Positions 12,501-24,130 of a stretch of DNA of 47,373 bases are shown piece after piece (within the stretch, counting starts at the first letter, position 1; each line of letters begins with the position of its first letter). The DNA is from Hydrurus foetidus. Its lineage: Eukaryota. The notes under the pieces were generated by a model that saw only the letters and a program-made list of their open reading frames with translations, was not told the DNA's origin and did not search any database. The position numbers were made by a program, and so were the translations under genes. The stretch covers positions 1 to 47,373 of the forward strand of contig UYFQ01000079.1 of assembly GCA_900617105.1 (NCBI GenBank). Reading direction: 5' to 3'.

Positions 12501-15500
12501 TTTTCTATCAATTGCAGGCCTAGTCACGCTGTGTTGCATTTTCCAGGGTACGGACAGACCGACATGCAGTCAGAGACGGTGTGCAATTCGCTACCCACCG
12601 TAGTCTTCGTGTGTCCCGCGCCACTTGTAAACGACACAGTCTTGCTACTGTGCGACTCTGGTCTCAATTCTAGAAACATTGGTCCAGGTTCTGGAATGAA
12701 GATCCAAGTTCCTCTCCACTTAGGCACAACTTCCCAAGGGAAAGTTTCTTACTGTGCAAAGATTCTCATGTCTTGCTCTCTTCTCCAAAACACATCTTCA
12801 ACTTCACCTTCAACTTCAAGTTGCAAGAGTTCAGATTCGGATAGTAATGGCCGGTATCGTTGCAGAACCGTGTTCACAGCTGTGGGTGGGGAAGACGGCA
12901 ATCTTAAGGTGTTTAGATACACACATAACAGCGCATGCGTGGAGAGCAGATGCTCTGCTTTTCTACAAGAGGTGAATATGCCGGGTAATGTTGCCATCAA
13001 GTCTCTGACATATGCAGCATCGAGCAGAAAAGAAGCAGGAAGAGAAAGAGGGAGGGAAAGGGAAAGAGGTAGTGGTGCTCAAGCAATGCTGAATGCACGT
13101 CAAAATGACAGTGAGAAGGAAGAGAGCAAAGCAATGGGATGTGCAAGAGATGTTGATGATAGCGGGATGGAGGGCATTGTCGTGGCAGTGGGGGGGAGAC
13201 TAGCGTACAGTATCTGGTCGTACGATCTGAGAAGCCACTTACCCCTTAACAGAACTACCTCTCCCAAAGGAAGTAACGATCATGATGATGTGCCCCACTC
13301 TAGTAGTGTGTTCAGCTATTTGACATCAGGATTCATCAGTGAGAAGGCCGGTCAGGATCACAGAATACTGTGTGTGCAGTGCGTGCTCACTCCACGTACG
13401 TACGGTGCGTATCATAGGAGGGGTAGTGTATGTGAGAAGGAGAAGAAGGACAGGGACAGTGTGTGCAGCCCATCTGGTGATTGTGATGACATCGGAGGAA
13501 GAGGAGCAGTAAAGGGAACAGGAGTTGAAAGTAGTGGGGCAGAGCAACTGGCTGATGGAGAAAATGTAGGCAGACATAGCAGAGTAGAAACAGATGTACA
13601 CCGACAGACCGTGGGTCACATTCCAAACTGTGTCGATACGGCTGAAGAATACTTGGTGGCCATGGGGGATTCCAGGGGTAGAGTCACGGTTGCGATGTAC
13701 AGACATGGGTTTGATGAGGAAGGTACGTGCGCGGATAACACACCACACTCCATGTCACCACCACACCACACTACACACATTTCCTGTCGCCACCCTTACT
13801 GACGCCCATGTCAGGACATGATGAGTAATCATACATTCCTTCATTTTATCCGACTGGCGATGTACCTATCACAGTAACTGACGTTGTAGTTATCCTTCAC
13901 TCAGCTTCTACTCATGACCCTAGCGAAACAGTTCGGTACCCCAAGAGAAGGAACAGGTGAGTGTGAGTGGGTGATGTCAATTTGTACACTCGCTGCTTTT
14001 TGTTCTCACTCCAACTTCAATCGTATGTGCGGGAATCAGCCCTGGGGGACATTATCACCGTATTCTGTCTCTTCTAGGACCTAGCGTTTACCTGATATTA
14101 CATCTATCTACTCTGAACGCAACACACTCACACATAAGACACACCATCAAACAGCACATATCTTATACGGACATATGTATGCACATGTACATGTTCTGCA
14201 GACTGGTGGTGCTTGAAGAACTGGACCTTAACGGCTCTGGGTGTCCTGTGCTTTCGTGTGACGTCATCACTCTGCACTCCCCACACAGCACCTCTCAAGG
14301 GGTCTCCGTTCCTTCACCTGATGGCGGTGTGAGCAGTAACAGTAGTAGTAGCAGTAGTAGTGGGTGCTGTGACGGAAGCAACCCTAAACAAAACGAATTC
14401 AATGTAAAAGAAGTGAAGGAGATGGTGCAAACCGAATGTATTCTTTTTCTTGCATGTTTCGGAGACACAGCGGGGGACGTCAGTGTGTGGCTGCTGGCTG
14501 GCTCAGTGGTGCCCTGCTGTGCAGATCCTCAGGGCTGGTAAGGATTCACATCTGTAGTAGTTCGGAAATATTGTTTGTGGTGCCTATTGAATGGCTCATG
14601 TTTATTTCAATGATGCATGTGTCTTTCGCTTTCAATGAAATGCACTGGTTCATCGACTGACCGACTCTCTCGCTTCTATTCCTCTCTCTTATCGTGTAGG
14701 AGAATATTGAGCTCGAGTGTCAAGCTGTTCAGCTATCTCGCACACTCATCAGGCGCCAACACATTGTCGCTTATACAGACCAACACCCATGACTCACCCC
14801 CCACATCTACAGACTCACCGACCACTCCCCTAGGGGGAGAGGGAGAGAATGCAGATCTTGGATGTGTATGGAATGTGATGATAGCCAGTGGAGGAGATGA
14901 CCAGGCGATATCTGTCTGCTCTGCCAGCATATCAATCGAAATGCCGGGTGAAAGAAAGTCAGGGACAGTCGACTCTGAGGTGAGTGCGACATCTTCATCA
15001 GTACTGCCTTTGATTTCTTGACTGACTTCATGCAGCTCTCACGCATTGTGGTGTTGCTTGATTAAACATTCTGACATGATTGTCGTTATTTGCGCTGTGC
15101 AGTATAATGTAGCGTACCGCACCTTTGGTCACAGCAGTTGTGGTGTATTGTGCTGTGGCGAGACCTTTTTTTCATGGCCACATCAACATGATATGGAAGA
15201 CTCTTTTTCTGTCTCAGAACGGTATAGATCCGACTTGACTAGACCAGACCAAACTGTACTAAATTAAAGAAGAGAATGCAGAAGTGCTGTGCACAACTGA
15301 TCTCATCTTATCTCATTTTTTCTCATCTTAATTATCACTGCCAATCGTTGTCCACCCGCAGAGTAACGACAATGCAAGGGAGGGAGCGCTACCCTCTGTC
15401 GCAGTCACAGTGACTCACTCCTTCTCGCGAGCTGACGGATGTGCGGGTTCAGCAATAAAGGGCGTCAAACTCATACTTAATCGCACTACCTCCTCCTCCT

Positions 15501-16180
15501 CCTCCTCCTCCTCCTCCTTAGCTGTTGCATCAACTTCAACTTCAACTTCAAGAACACATGCACCTTCTTCATCCTCTGTAACTGATACTGAGAATGCCGA
15601 TGGGCGGAGAGGAAGAGGGGGCACAGCTGGGAATGACGTCAGCATAATGAGTGTGGGGTACGATCAGAGACTGTCCCTATGGAGGCCCTTGTCCTTGTCC
15701 GTCCCCCCTAGGGACAGCACTGCTTCCTCCTCTAGTGCATGTGTGGGGGAGAGGGTCACTTCCAGTGTCATGCTTGGTGTAGTGCAACAGCCACAGTGCG
15801 TCAAGGATGCCGCAGCTGATGGCTGTAAAGAAGAAGAAGATGATGATGATCATGATGGTCACAGTGATGGCGACAGTGAGTCAGAGACGTGTGCCCCTCT
15901 TAGGAAATCTTTCTGCACCAGCTCTGCTGACATAATGCGGAATAGAGATCTGATGTTGAAGTGGGTGTGCGGCAAGGCGGTGCATATCGGTGATGTGTGT
16001 GCTCTCGATGTGCGAGCAGTGACTGACATCTCTCCCACTGTTGAGGGAACGCCCTGCACGGAGATGATAGATGAGATGATACAATTATCGACTAGATCGG
16101 AAGATCCTCCACTCAACTTAGTTGATGTAGTCGTTGTTGGCGAAGGATTCCAGTTGCTCACAGCAAGTTGGAGAGACTGA
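9520..16180 (+). CDS. WDR6: WD40 protein, WDR6/Trm734-like (tRNA 2'-O-methylation cofactor); 8 exons: 9520-10210, 10392-10501, 10680-12256, 12518-13722, 13905-13956, 14202-14537, 14700-14979, 15362-16180 (1689 aa)
   Basis: GT-AG introns join in frame (5070 nt total). WDR6-type motifs HEGVIF, SVSDDRTVRVW, GHISRLWD, GGGWKRP, GDSRG, AHSSGAN, ASGGDDQAI, SVGYDQRL, VVGEGFQ. Confidence 0.82.
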
Positions 16181-16370
16181 ATGTCTAATCACCCATCTTT
16201 CTTGCAGTAGCTATTCATAATCTCGCGCCATTAAAATTGCTGCAGCTTCATCTGAATTTTCACAACTTAATCACGTGCTGCAGAATGTAATTTATTTTAT
16301 TCCAGTCTAACAATGTAGCAGCAGAGGTTCTACGCAGTGAATCAGATACTGTACTGAATGTAAGGCGTCT

Positions 16371-17306
16371 CTATCTACCGAGTATGTCCGTAACAGCTGT
16401 GCCTAGGAGCACGTTGTCAATCAGCCGTACAGACCCTATCCGTATGGCGGAAGATATCACGGCACCGCCTTCACGATCCACAACACTAAGCTCCTTCATA
16501 TTTAGGTGAGAGGCTATAGACACGTATTCCACTTCAGTGACCATCGGTTCGGATTTCAGTGTTTCGTAGACTGCTGCTGAGAGGTCCTCACGAGAAGTAT
16601 CATTTATGTTGTTGTCAAACTTTAATTTGGCAGAATTCAATGCTTTATATAATATCTTTGCAACATTTCTTTCAGTTGGAGAAAGATATGTGTTTCTAGA
16701 GCTCATCGCGAGTCCGTCATTTTCTCGAAGGGTTTCGCATATATCTATCTTCACAGGCATATTCAGATCTTCCACCATGCGCTTCACCAAGATGCACTGG
16801 GAAATATCCTTCTGTCCGAAATAAGAAACTGTCGGTGTGACCATATTGAAAAGCTTACAAACGATTGTCGCAACTCCACGGAAAAAGTCGGGTCTCGCCT
16901 TGCCCTCGCTGATGTGACTGAAATCTGAAGGCTCTACGTGGCATAAAACATTCTTCCCATATATTTCCTCGAGATTAGGCGCAAACAACAAGTCAACACC
17001 AGTTGATTCTAGCATTGCCAGATCTTTCTCAAAAGTTCGTGGGTACTTATCGAGATCTTCTCCTGCAGAGAACTGAGTTGGATTGACGAAAATTGATGCG
17101 ATAACAATGTCGCACTCGATTTTAGCTTTTCTTGCTAACGATAAATGGCCGTCATGAAGAGCACCCATTGTCGGAACAAAACCAACTTTGCTGTTTCCCA
17201 GATTTAGTCGATGCTTTCTCAGTTCATCAATAGTTCGAACTATATGAATAGTCCTTGAAGAAAGTGTCCTTCTTACAGGTCCAACTCTTATCAATGTGGC
17301 TGACAT
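16371..17306 (-). CDS. panC: Pantoate--beta-alanine ligase (pantothenate synthetase)
   Basis: VGFVPTMGALHDGH (HIGH-like), SIFVNPTQF, FGQKD, DGLAMSSRN and RLIDN motifs; intronless. Confidence 0.96.
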   Translation of the reverse strand: MSATLIRVGPVRRTLSSRTIHIVRTIDELRKHRLNLGNSKVGFVPTMGALHDGHLSLARKAKIECDIVIASIFVNPTQFSAGEDLDKYPRTFEKDLAMLESTGVDLLFAPNLEEIYGKNVLCHVEPSDFSHISEGKARPDFFRGVATIVCKLFNMVTPTVSYFGQKDISQCILVKRMVEDLNMPVKIDICETLRENDGLAMSSRNTYLSPTERNVAKILYKALNSAKLKFDNNINDTSREDLSAAVYETLKSEPMVTEVEYVSIASHLNMKELSVVDREGGAVISSAIRIGSVRLIDNVLLGTAVTDILGR

Positions 17307-18256
17307 CGTTTCTTTTCAGTGATTCATTGATGACGGTGGCGTCTAATGCTGCTTTGCTACAGGTACTGAGAAGAAATGCAGCAGTCAGCAGCTTGCATTG
17401 CAAGAGATGCTCGAGTTTCGCGAGTTGAGTTGTGAGCAGACATCTGATCAGACATCAGACACACCATGGCATGAGACGTGTGGTAGTCCGACTGAATAAG
17501 CTGACTATCGAACCTAATTCCCCAAGAACTGACTATCGAACCTACTTCAACTTCAACTTGCTGTGTCAGACATTCAAGGCAGCGTTGTGTCTATAATCAA
17601 CCTATCAGTAGTTTGGGATGTAGTAAGTTATACCTTTGTGATCGCATTGACTTGACGACATGATAGATGATACACAACATACATTGTCATCGAATCCACC
17701 GGATTTCCCGACCATTTATTTAAGTGACACATAATGTAGAAAATTGGGAATGAAATATCTTTTCATCAGTATTCTTCGCCTATTCTGTTGTGAGCTTGCC
17801 TTCTAGAAGGTCGACGGAATTCCTGGTAACTCCTGCATGTCTGATGACCACCGCAACGGAAGAATATTTGCTGCAATTTCCATTATTTAGTGGCTTCAAA
17901 TATCATTTCAGAAAATAGAAAGGCGCAAATTAATCATGTAAACTCGTTGCCCAAGTAAGCAGTATTTCTACATAATCATACGTCCCTCAAATCGGATACA
18001 GCAGGTAGTCGATCGTAATGATAATCATTCAAGCAAGAAGTGCCATGGATATGAAGAATCAAAGAATGCATGTATAAATGTAAACTCTCCTACAGTATCG
18101 CATCAGCGCTGTAGAAGTGAAACGTGATTGAATCACGTCTAGGTTCATCACACGGTAGTCGAATGCAGAGATAAATGAGAGGAGAGGATAGGAAAAGAGA
18201 GGAGATTAGAGGAGATAAGGGAAAAGAAGGGAGAGACGTTCAAGCTGTCTGTTGCC

Positions 18257-20041
18257 CTACACCCTCCTCCGCATGGAAAGGTCGCATGGGTAGTGATCCA
18301 CGTACGCATGCGGCCTCGCTCTCTCCGCCAGACACTGCTCCTTGATGTTGTCCAAGCCCAGTGCCTTCCTCATAGAGAGCTGCATGGCCAGCATCTCGAT
18401 GGCTCCCCCCTGAGGGATGAGTCTCGTTGAGGTGGGTATGTCCGTCATGGAGGAGTTCAAGCGGTAGTAGCGGAACTTGGGTGCAGCAGATTCCACTCCA
18501 GCCCGAAGTGCTTCAATATTCCCTTGAGAAACTCCTCGCAAAATTTGAATCAATGGGTTGACGTAGTTTCCATCTTGAAAGGACCCACCGGTGGAGTGTG
18601 ACGCATGCAGAATGTCGTAAGTCATCGTGCCATCCGGCAGTCTTCCTAATAGACTCCGTGTGTTGTTGAACTTCCTCAACAGCGCTTCTGCCGGAAACTG
18701 CACCACTGCTTGAGGCATCTGCAATGAGAAGGATCCATGGTCCACAGGACCCCCTGTCTGACGGGTGAAGGCCCACACCAAGTCGTCACTCAGCACGACA
18801 GGAATGCACCCGAAGTTAAGCACGTCATACATTCTCTTAGAGGAAGGGGAGTCACCAACAGGCACAGGACAGAAAGTGGCTGCGCGAAATCCGTGCTCCC
18901 TCTCAGCTTGCACTGTCCTCACATCGGGAACTATACCGGGTATAGCGGTGCTGTTCAATATGAGGGACTTCATGGCTCTACGCACAGCAACGCAGTCACC
19001 GTGCATGCCCCCCGCGTAGTACAGCAAAGCTGTTCTGTTGATGAACTCGGCATGCAACTTCCCGCTGAATAGATCAGGGTCTGTTGTAGGATAAGGCAAG
19101 ACGATGTTCTTTAGAGTGCTGCAAATGGGATATTCCTTCACAAAACTGAGAGAGTACTCCACACCGAGAAAGATAGGCGGATAGAGATGCGACATATAAT
19201 GGAAAAATCCTCTTTTCCCTGTTTCGTGCCTAAAATTTGTTACAGGAGCAGGCATCGCAATAATGTGATCAGATCCCCCTTTTGCAAACCAGTATTTGTC
19301 GGTAGTATTGAATAGTTTAGTCCACTTCGAGGACTGCCCCTTCTCAACTATGTCAAGTAGTGCCTGCTCTGTAGTTGATGGCTGCCGTTTCGCTGCGCCT
19401 TTACTGCCAAGAGTATGACGGTACTCCGCGTCCCTTATGAGAGGTAAGTAGAAATAGTCTGCCTCCAGAGGATTGAATGTGCGTCCGCAAAATTGTGTAA
19501 AGAAGTCAGTCATGATGTATTCCAAGGCGAACTGCTCTAGAATACACTTCTTACAAATATGCAGCGTCTCATTTGCACGTGCCTCGCGACCAAACCGTAT
19601 TGACGGGATATATGATGGTACCTCATATACATAAACTTTGAAGTCGTACTTGCAAGAATTTGAGATCGCCTCGTGACCTTTTGAAACTGATGATGGTTTG
19701 TCGAAGTGGTGACCTGATTCACTGATTCCTCCATAACTTACAGGATTTTCCGTGCGGTCAAGGTGGCTGGAGTTGCGAGAGCCAACGTGTCCTAATGTCA
19801 CATTATCCCTGTCTCTTAATTTGGGATGCTTTGCATGACCTCTCTTATCGCCATCTTCTGGAGTAAAATGAGTTGTTGATTTGGATGTCGCTGATAGAAC
19901 TTCCCGATCGAAAGCAAAAAAATCTATTTTGAAGAGGCTGAGGAGTGACTGCTTTCGACTGCTTAGTTGCAGGATCGACTGTATCGCTATCACTATAACT
20001 GCGCCTACCAGCAAAGAGAAAAAAACTAACGTGACTTTCAT
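18257..20041 (-). CDS. Exostosin-like glycosyltransferase (GT47)
   Basis: N-terminal signal anchor; FKVYVY, EADYFYLP, GGSDHI, FCPVPVGDSPSSKRMYDVLNFGCIPVVLSD. ATG at 20041; a further short 3' exon is possible. Confidence 0.88.
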   Translation of the reverse strand: MKVTLVFFSLLVGAVIVIAIQSILQLSSRKQSLLSLFKIDFFAFDREVLSATSKSTTHFTPEDGDKRGHAKHPKLRDRDNVTLGHVGSRNSSHLDRTENPVSYGGISESGHHFDKPSSVSKGHEAISNSCKYDFKVYVYEVPSYIPSIRFGREARANETLHICKKCILEQFALEYIMTDFFTQFCGRTFNPLEADYFYLPLIRDAEYRHTLGSKGAAKRQPSTTEQALLDIVEKGQSSKWTKLFNTTDKYWFAKGGSDHIIAMPAPVTNFRHETGKRGFFHYMSHLYPPIFLGVEYSLSFVKEYPICSTLKNIVLPYPTTDPDLFSGKLHAEFINRTALLYYAGGMHGDCVAVRRAMKSLILNSTAIPGIVPDVRTVQAEREHGFRAATFCPVPVGDSPSSKRMYDVLNFGCIPVVLSDDLVWAFTRQTGGPVDHGSFSLQMPQAVVQFPAEALLRKFNNTRSLLGRLPDGTMTYDILHASHSTGGSFQDGNYVNPLIQILRGVSQGNIEALRAGVESAAPKFRYYRLNSSMTDIPTSTRLIPQGGAIEMLAMQLSMRKALGLDNIKEQCLAERARPHAYVDHYPCDLSMRRRV

Positions 20042-21166
20042 GATACATATCAAAATCTGGTGTCGAGTGACATCTGGATCTTCCTATCAGCAGCCGCACC
20101 AAAGTCTCCACCAATCAGTTTGATTACATCATGACTTTAATGCTGGCAGATGGAGGATGTTGAAAGAAGTTGCTGGAGGAGATCGAGCGAGATTCATGAT
20201 CCGATCTGGGATCCGATCAAGATTCTTCTTCCTTCTCAAGCGTTTCACAAAAGTCACATGCCGTACTAAATTTGAAGAAAAACTACCGAATTTACGGAAT
20301 GAGGTCATCTAATTCTCTTCAGCAGACTGTAGACTGTGAAAGATGGTGATAACTGCATGATGTGACGACAAGCGAAATGCGAAATGCTATGAGATGGCTA
20401 CTAAGCTTATTTCCACGGATGACGCCATCGTTGGACTGAATGACATTTGGTCATTTAACACATCACTTCAACTCTATATGGAAATGACATGCCCAGATTC
20501 TACGGATTTTCCGATTCTTCGAATCAAAGATGTGATGACTGGGCTGTTCGGACATTTATATGTCAACAGCATGGAACATGCATGTGTTACGTTACGTTGC
20601 TGTGAGTTCAAAGTGAGTCGAAATGATGTGGACACAAAGGAACATTTCTCCGCTCAGCCAATACGTGATGCGTCATCTCCCCACTCTGACTACTGCTTTA
20701 CAGGAACAGCTGTGATTATTGGAATTATTTCTTGCAGCTTCAATCAACTTCAATACTAGTCTGTATGTCAATTTTGTTCCTGTAATTTTTAACTTTATTT
20801 TTATCAAACCAGATGCGGGAGAGAAGAACGAAATAGAAACAAAGATGGATTAATGACATGAAGTCAAACGCAGCACTCCAGACAGAATGTTATGAGACTG
20901 ATGGCTGGTTGTAAAGAATCTACGATCCGTTACTGAGGATGATCGGCTAGGAGTGCTCCATCCTCTACTGAGAAGACGAAGCTACTTCCGCACTGCACAA
21001 TAACGTGCAGCATGGAAGCGGGAGCGGAAGGCAGTTGAAATGATGTAATAAAAATGCGTTGAGCAGAGTCTAATACGCGTAATGTGAGATGCATCTCACC
21101 AATGCCATCAGCGCTGTTGGCTTTGATAAATAGACACCATGGTGTCGGACTGAAACAGTGTCCATC

Positions 21167-23681
21167 CTAAATCTCAAATATTGATTTCTGTACGGATTTG
21201 TAGTAATCGTACGTGTCACAGTCGTACATACTCATGAGAGCTGTGTCCTCCCAGTTATACTCCGGTTCCAACACTGTCGCATCGTCTGCATTCCGGCATA
21301 ATTCGGTATAATCCAGCATGGTCATGTAAAAGATGAGATTGAAGATGAGAAAGTGCGTAAGTCACTCAGTCAGTAAATGAGTGAGTGAGTGAGTGAGTGA
21401 GTGAGTGAGTGAGTGAGTGAGTGAGTGAGTGAGTGAGTGAGTGTGGTGAGTGAGGTGAGTGGTGGTGAGTAGGTGAGGTGAGTGAGGTTGGTGGTGGTGG
21501 TGGTGGTGAGTGAGGAGGAGTGAGTGGTGGTGGTGTGGTGGTGAGTGAGTGAGTGAGTGAGTGAGTGAGTGAGTGAGTGAGTGAGTGAGTGAGGATGAGT
21601 GAGTGAGTGAGTGAGGCATTCTGAAAAAAGCAAATGCGCGTCAAGTGTTAGGGATGTCCCAACTTCGCTTGCAAGATATCGATAAGTTGTTGATCAGTTT
21701 TTCTATCGATTTTCCTGTTACAGCAATTACAACACTTTCTACTGCACCACATCTTCATCACACACTGCATCATACGTCACAGCCCCACTGAACTGACACG
21801 CAGATGCTTAGAGTATCCTATCACACCACTAATGAACAGAAATGCTGCACTCTCATGCGTCATCATAAACATGAACAATCCAAACGCAGTACGCACCATC
21901 GTCCAAGTCCATCTGGAATTTGGAAGGCCCAAGATCCGTTGCTAGAAGATCTCTGTCAGAGGCTGCTTTGCGCATGGACTGCAGCACGGCTCCTGCTGCT
22001 TGACGGGAGTATGTCATAGCGGAGGAGAGGGTCTTCATCCGGTGGGTCATGCGAGTGCCGTTCCCTTGGGGTGAAACAGTCCCACTGTCCTCTGCACTCT
22101 CACTCCCACTCTCATCATCATCATCGTCATTCTTGCTACGAGTCATACCGTATTCAGTGTCTGTAGTCAGGGCTGTTGCGGTATCTCCCCCACGGTGCCT
22201 CCTCGCCCAGTTACGGTAGCTCAACCCGTTCTCTCCATCCCAAGGGCGGGCCAACCCGTTCTGGTCTGCGTATTTCCTGAGCGGCAGTATTGCAGCTGCA
22301 TGTACGATGAACACGTACTTATGCAAGAGGTCATATGAGACGGATCTCTTCTGCTCCGAGACTGGCATCTTTGTTTGCTTCGTGAGTCTGTCGATGGACT
22401 TGTTGATCACATTCATTCTCGTCACGTGTTTCTCGATCAGATCCTCGGCAGCTTTGCCCATGCTCACTGCTTGAGCCTCATCTGATATACCGTGCATGTA
22501 ATGCGGATCATCTTGATGGAACATCTTGATCTTTCTCGTCACACCTACACGCTTGATGCGAGCATTTCTGATGTTTATTTGCTCAGCAACTATCATCTCT
22601 TCCCTTGCTCTGATGTCTGAGATGTCCAGTGCAGTTCGTTTGCTGTTCTCCAACAGAACACCCCTTAGACCTTCTTTCGTCTTCAGCCAAGATAATATGT
22701 CCAATTCAAGCTCCTAAGAGAATGAGGGAAATCCAGAATCAGTCAGTCAGTCAGTCAGTCAGTCAGTCAGTCAGTCGGTCAGTCAGTCAGTTAGTCAGTC
22801 AGTATCCCAGTCGGTTCAGTCAGTCAGTCAGTCGGCAATCGAGTCAGTCATTCATTCATTCAGTCAGTCCAGTCGAAGTAATCAGTCAGTCAGTCAGTCG
22901 TCAATCAGTCAGTCAGTCAGTCAGTCAGTCAGTCAGTCAGTCAGTCAGTCAGTCAGTCAGTCAGTCAGTCAGTCAGTCAGTCGAGTCAGTCAGTCAGTCA
23001 GTCAGTCAGTCAATCAGTATTACTGTACGCTTCCCATTTTTCACTTACGTGGAAGATGTCGAATATAAGAATCTCTTCTGCGTCTCTTCTCACCGCTTCC
23101 TCTTTGGTATACACCGCAATGGACAGTACCACAGCAGACTTCTCGCATGGCAGCTGATGCCTCTCATCGATGCAGTCGCACTGAGGGAATTTAAACGGTT
23201 CTGTGTCGGCTATTTGTCCGTACGGAGTAACGAACAGTCGTAGGGCGTCTTTGAGCAGGTCTACCGTAAAGGGGAATACCATTTCCGGCATAGCCCCCTC
23301 AATCAGACTGAACACAGAGGGACGACCCGTTGGGTAAATAGCACTCTCTGGATCTCTTCTCAGCAACGCATGTAGACTGAGTGCCCAGCACTTAACTGGC
23401 TCTCCATTTCGTCCCCATGGTCTGGATGTCTTAGTGAGCACTGCAGGTCCGTACATGTCGTCCCTCTTTTTGAACAACGACTCTAAAGTCTGGTACACAG
23501 CAGTGAGGATGCGCATGTACAGCTCCGCCTCTCTCGTCTCCCTGAGCGCTGCCAGCCGTTTCACAATTTCCACTCCACTGGACGGGCAATTGAAATAGTC
23601 TGCGTTGAGGTACTCGTGCATGCTGAGGTCGAAACTGACACAGTCTAGTGGGGAGAGGAATCCTATACCATCCTCAAGCAC
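21167..23681 (-). CDS. Unidentified multi-exon host gene, 3' part (exons ~23681-23049, 22713-21897, 21285-21167)
   Basis: Long open exons, donors GTAAGT (23048) and GTGCGT (21896), in-frame acceptors; microsatellites are confined to the introns. 5' exons not located. Confidence 0.6.
21378..21614. repeat. (GAGT)n/(GGT)n intronic microsatellite
   Basis: Seen directly. Confidence 0.95.
22738..23011. repeat. (CAGT)n intronic microsatellite
   Basis: Seen directly. Confidence 0.95.
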
Positions 23682-24048
23682 TACGACATGAGATAAGAAG
23701 GGATGAAATAAGTCGGAGGAAGGGAATTTATCAATATAGGATTAGATAGGATAGGGTAAGATAGAATGCTAACTTGTGATGGCTTCTGTTTGCATGGTAG
23801 ACTCGAAAAGAGACGAAAAGAGAAGACTGCGGAGGAGAAAGAAAGAGAAGAGAGCTTGCAGCAGATTGACTCAATTTGATTTGGTTGGTTGGAGAGAGGT
23901 TGTACCCTGAATGCATACAAATTCACCCTTATCGACGCATCTCATTCAATTCACTTCAATTCAATTCAATTCAATTAATTCTGAGAGCAGGAATCACAAT
24001 GAATGTGTACAGAAAGATCGATTATTCGTACAGTTCATTACGTTTTCT

Positions 24049-24130
24049 GTCTAGTCTAGTCTAGTCTAGTCTAGTCTAGTCTCAGTCTAGTCTAGTCTAG
24101 TCTAGTCTGGTCTAGTCTAGTCTAGTCTAG
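24049..24130. repeat. (GTCTA)n microsatellite
   Basis: Seen directly; abuts the large array. Confidence 0.95.

Noticed and set aside
20394..20759. 121-aa plus-strand ORF with possible splice sites
   Set aside because: No recognisable motif, and I could not build a consistent exon chain.
21362..23243. SLTH- and QSVS-repeat ORFs
   Set aside because: Translations of intronic tetranucleotide microsatellites.
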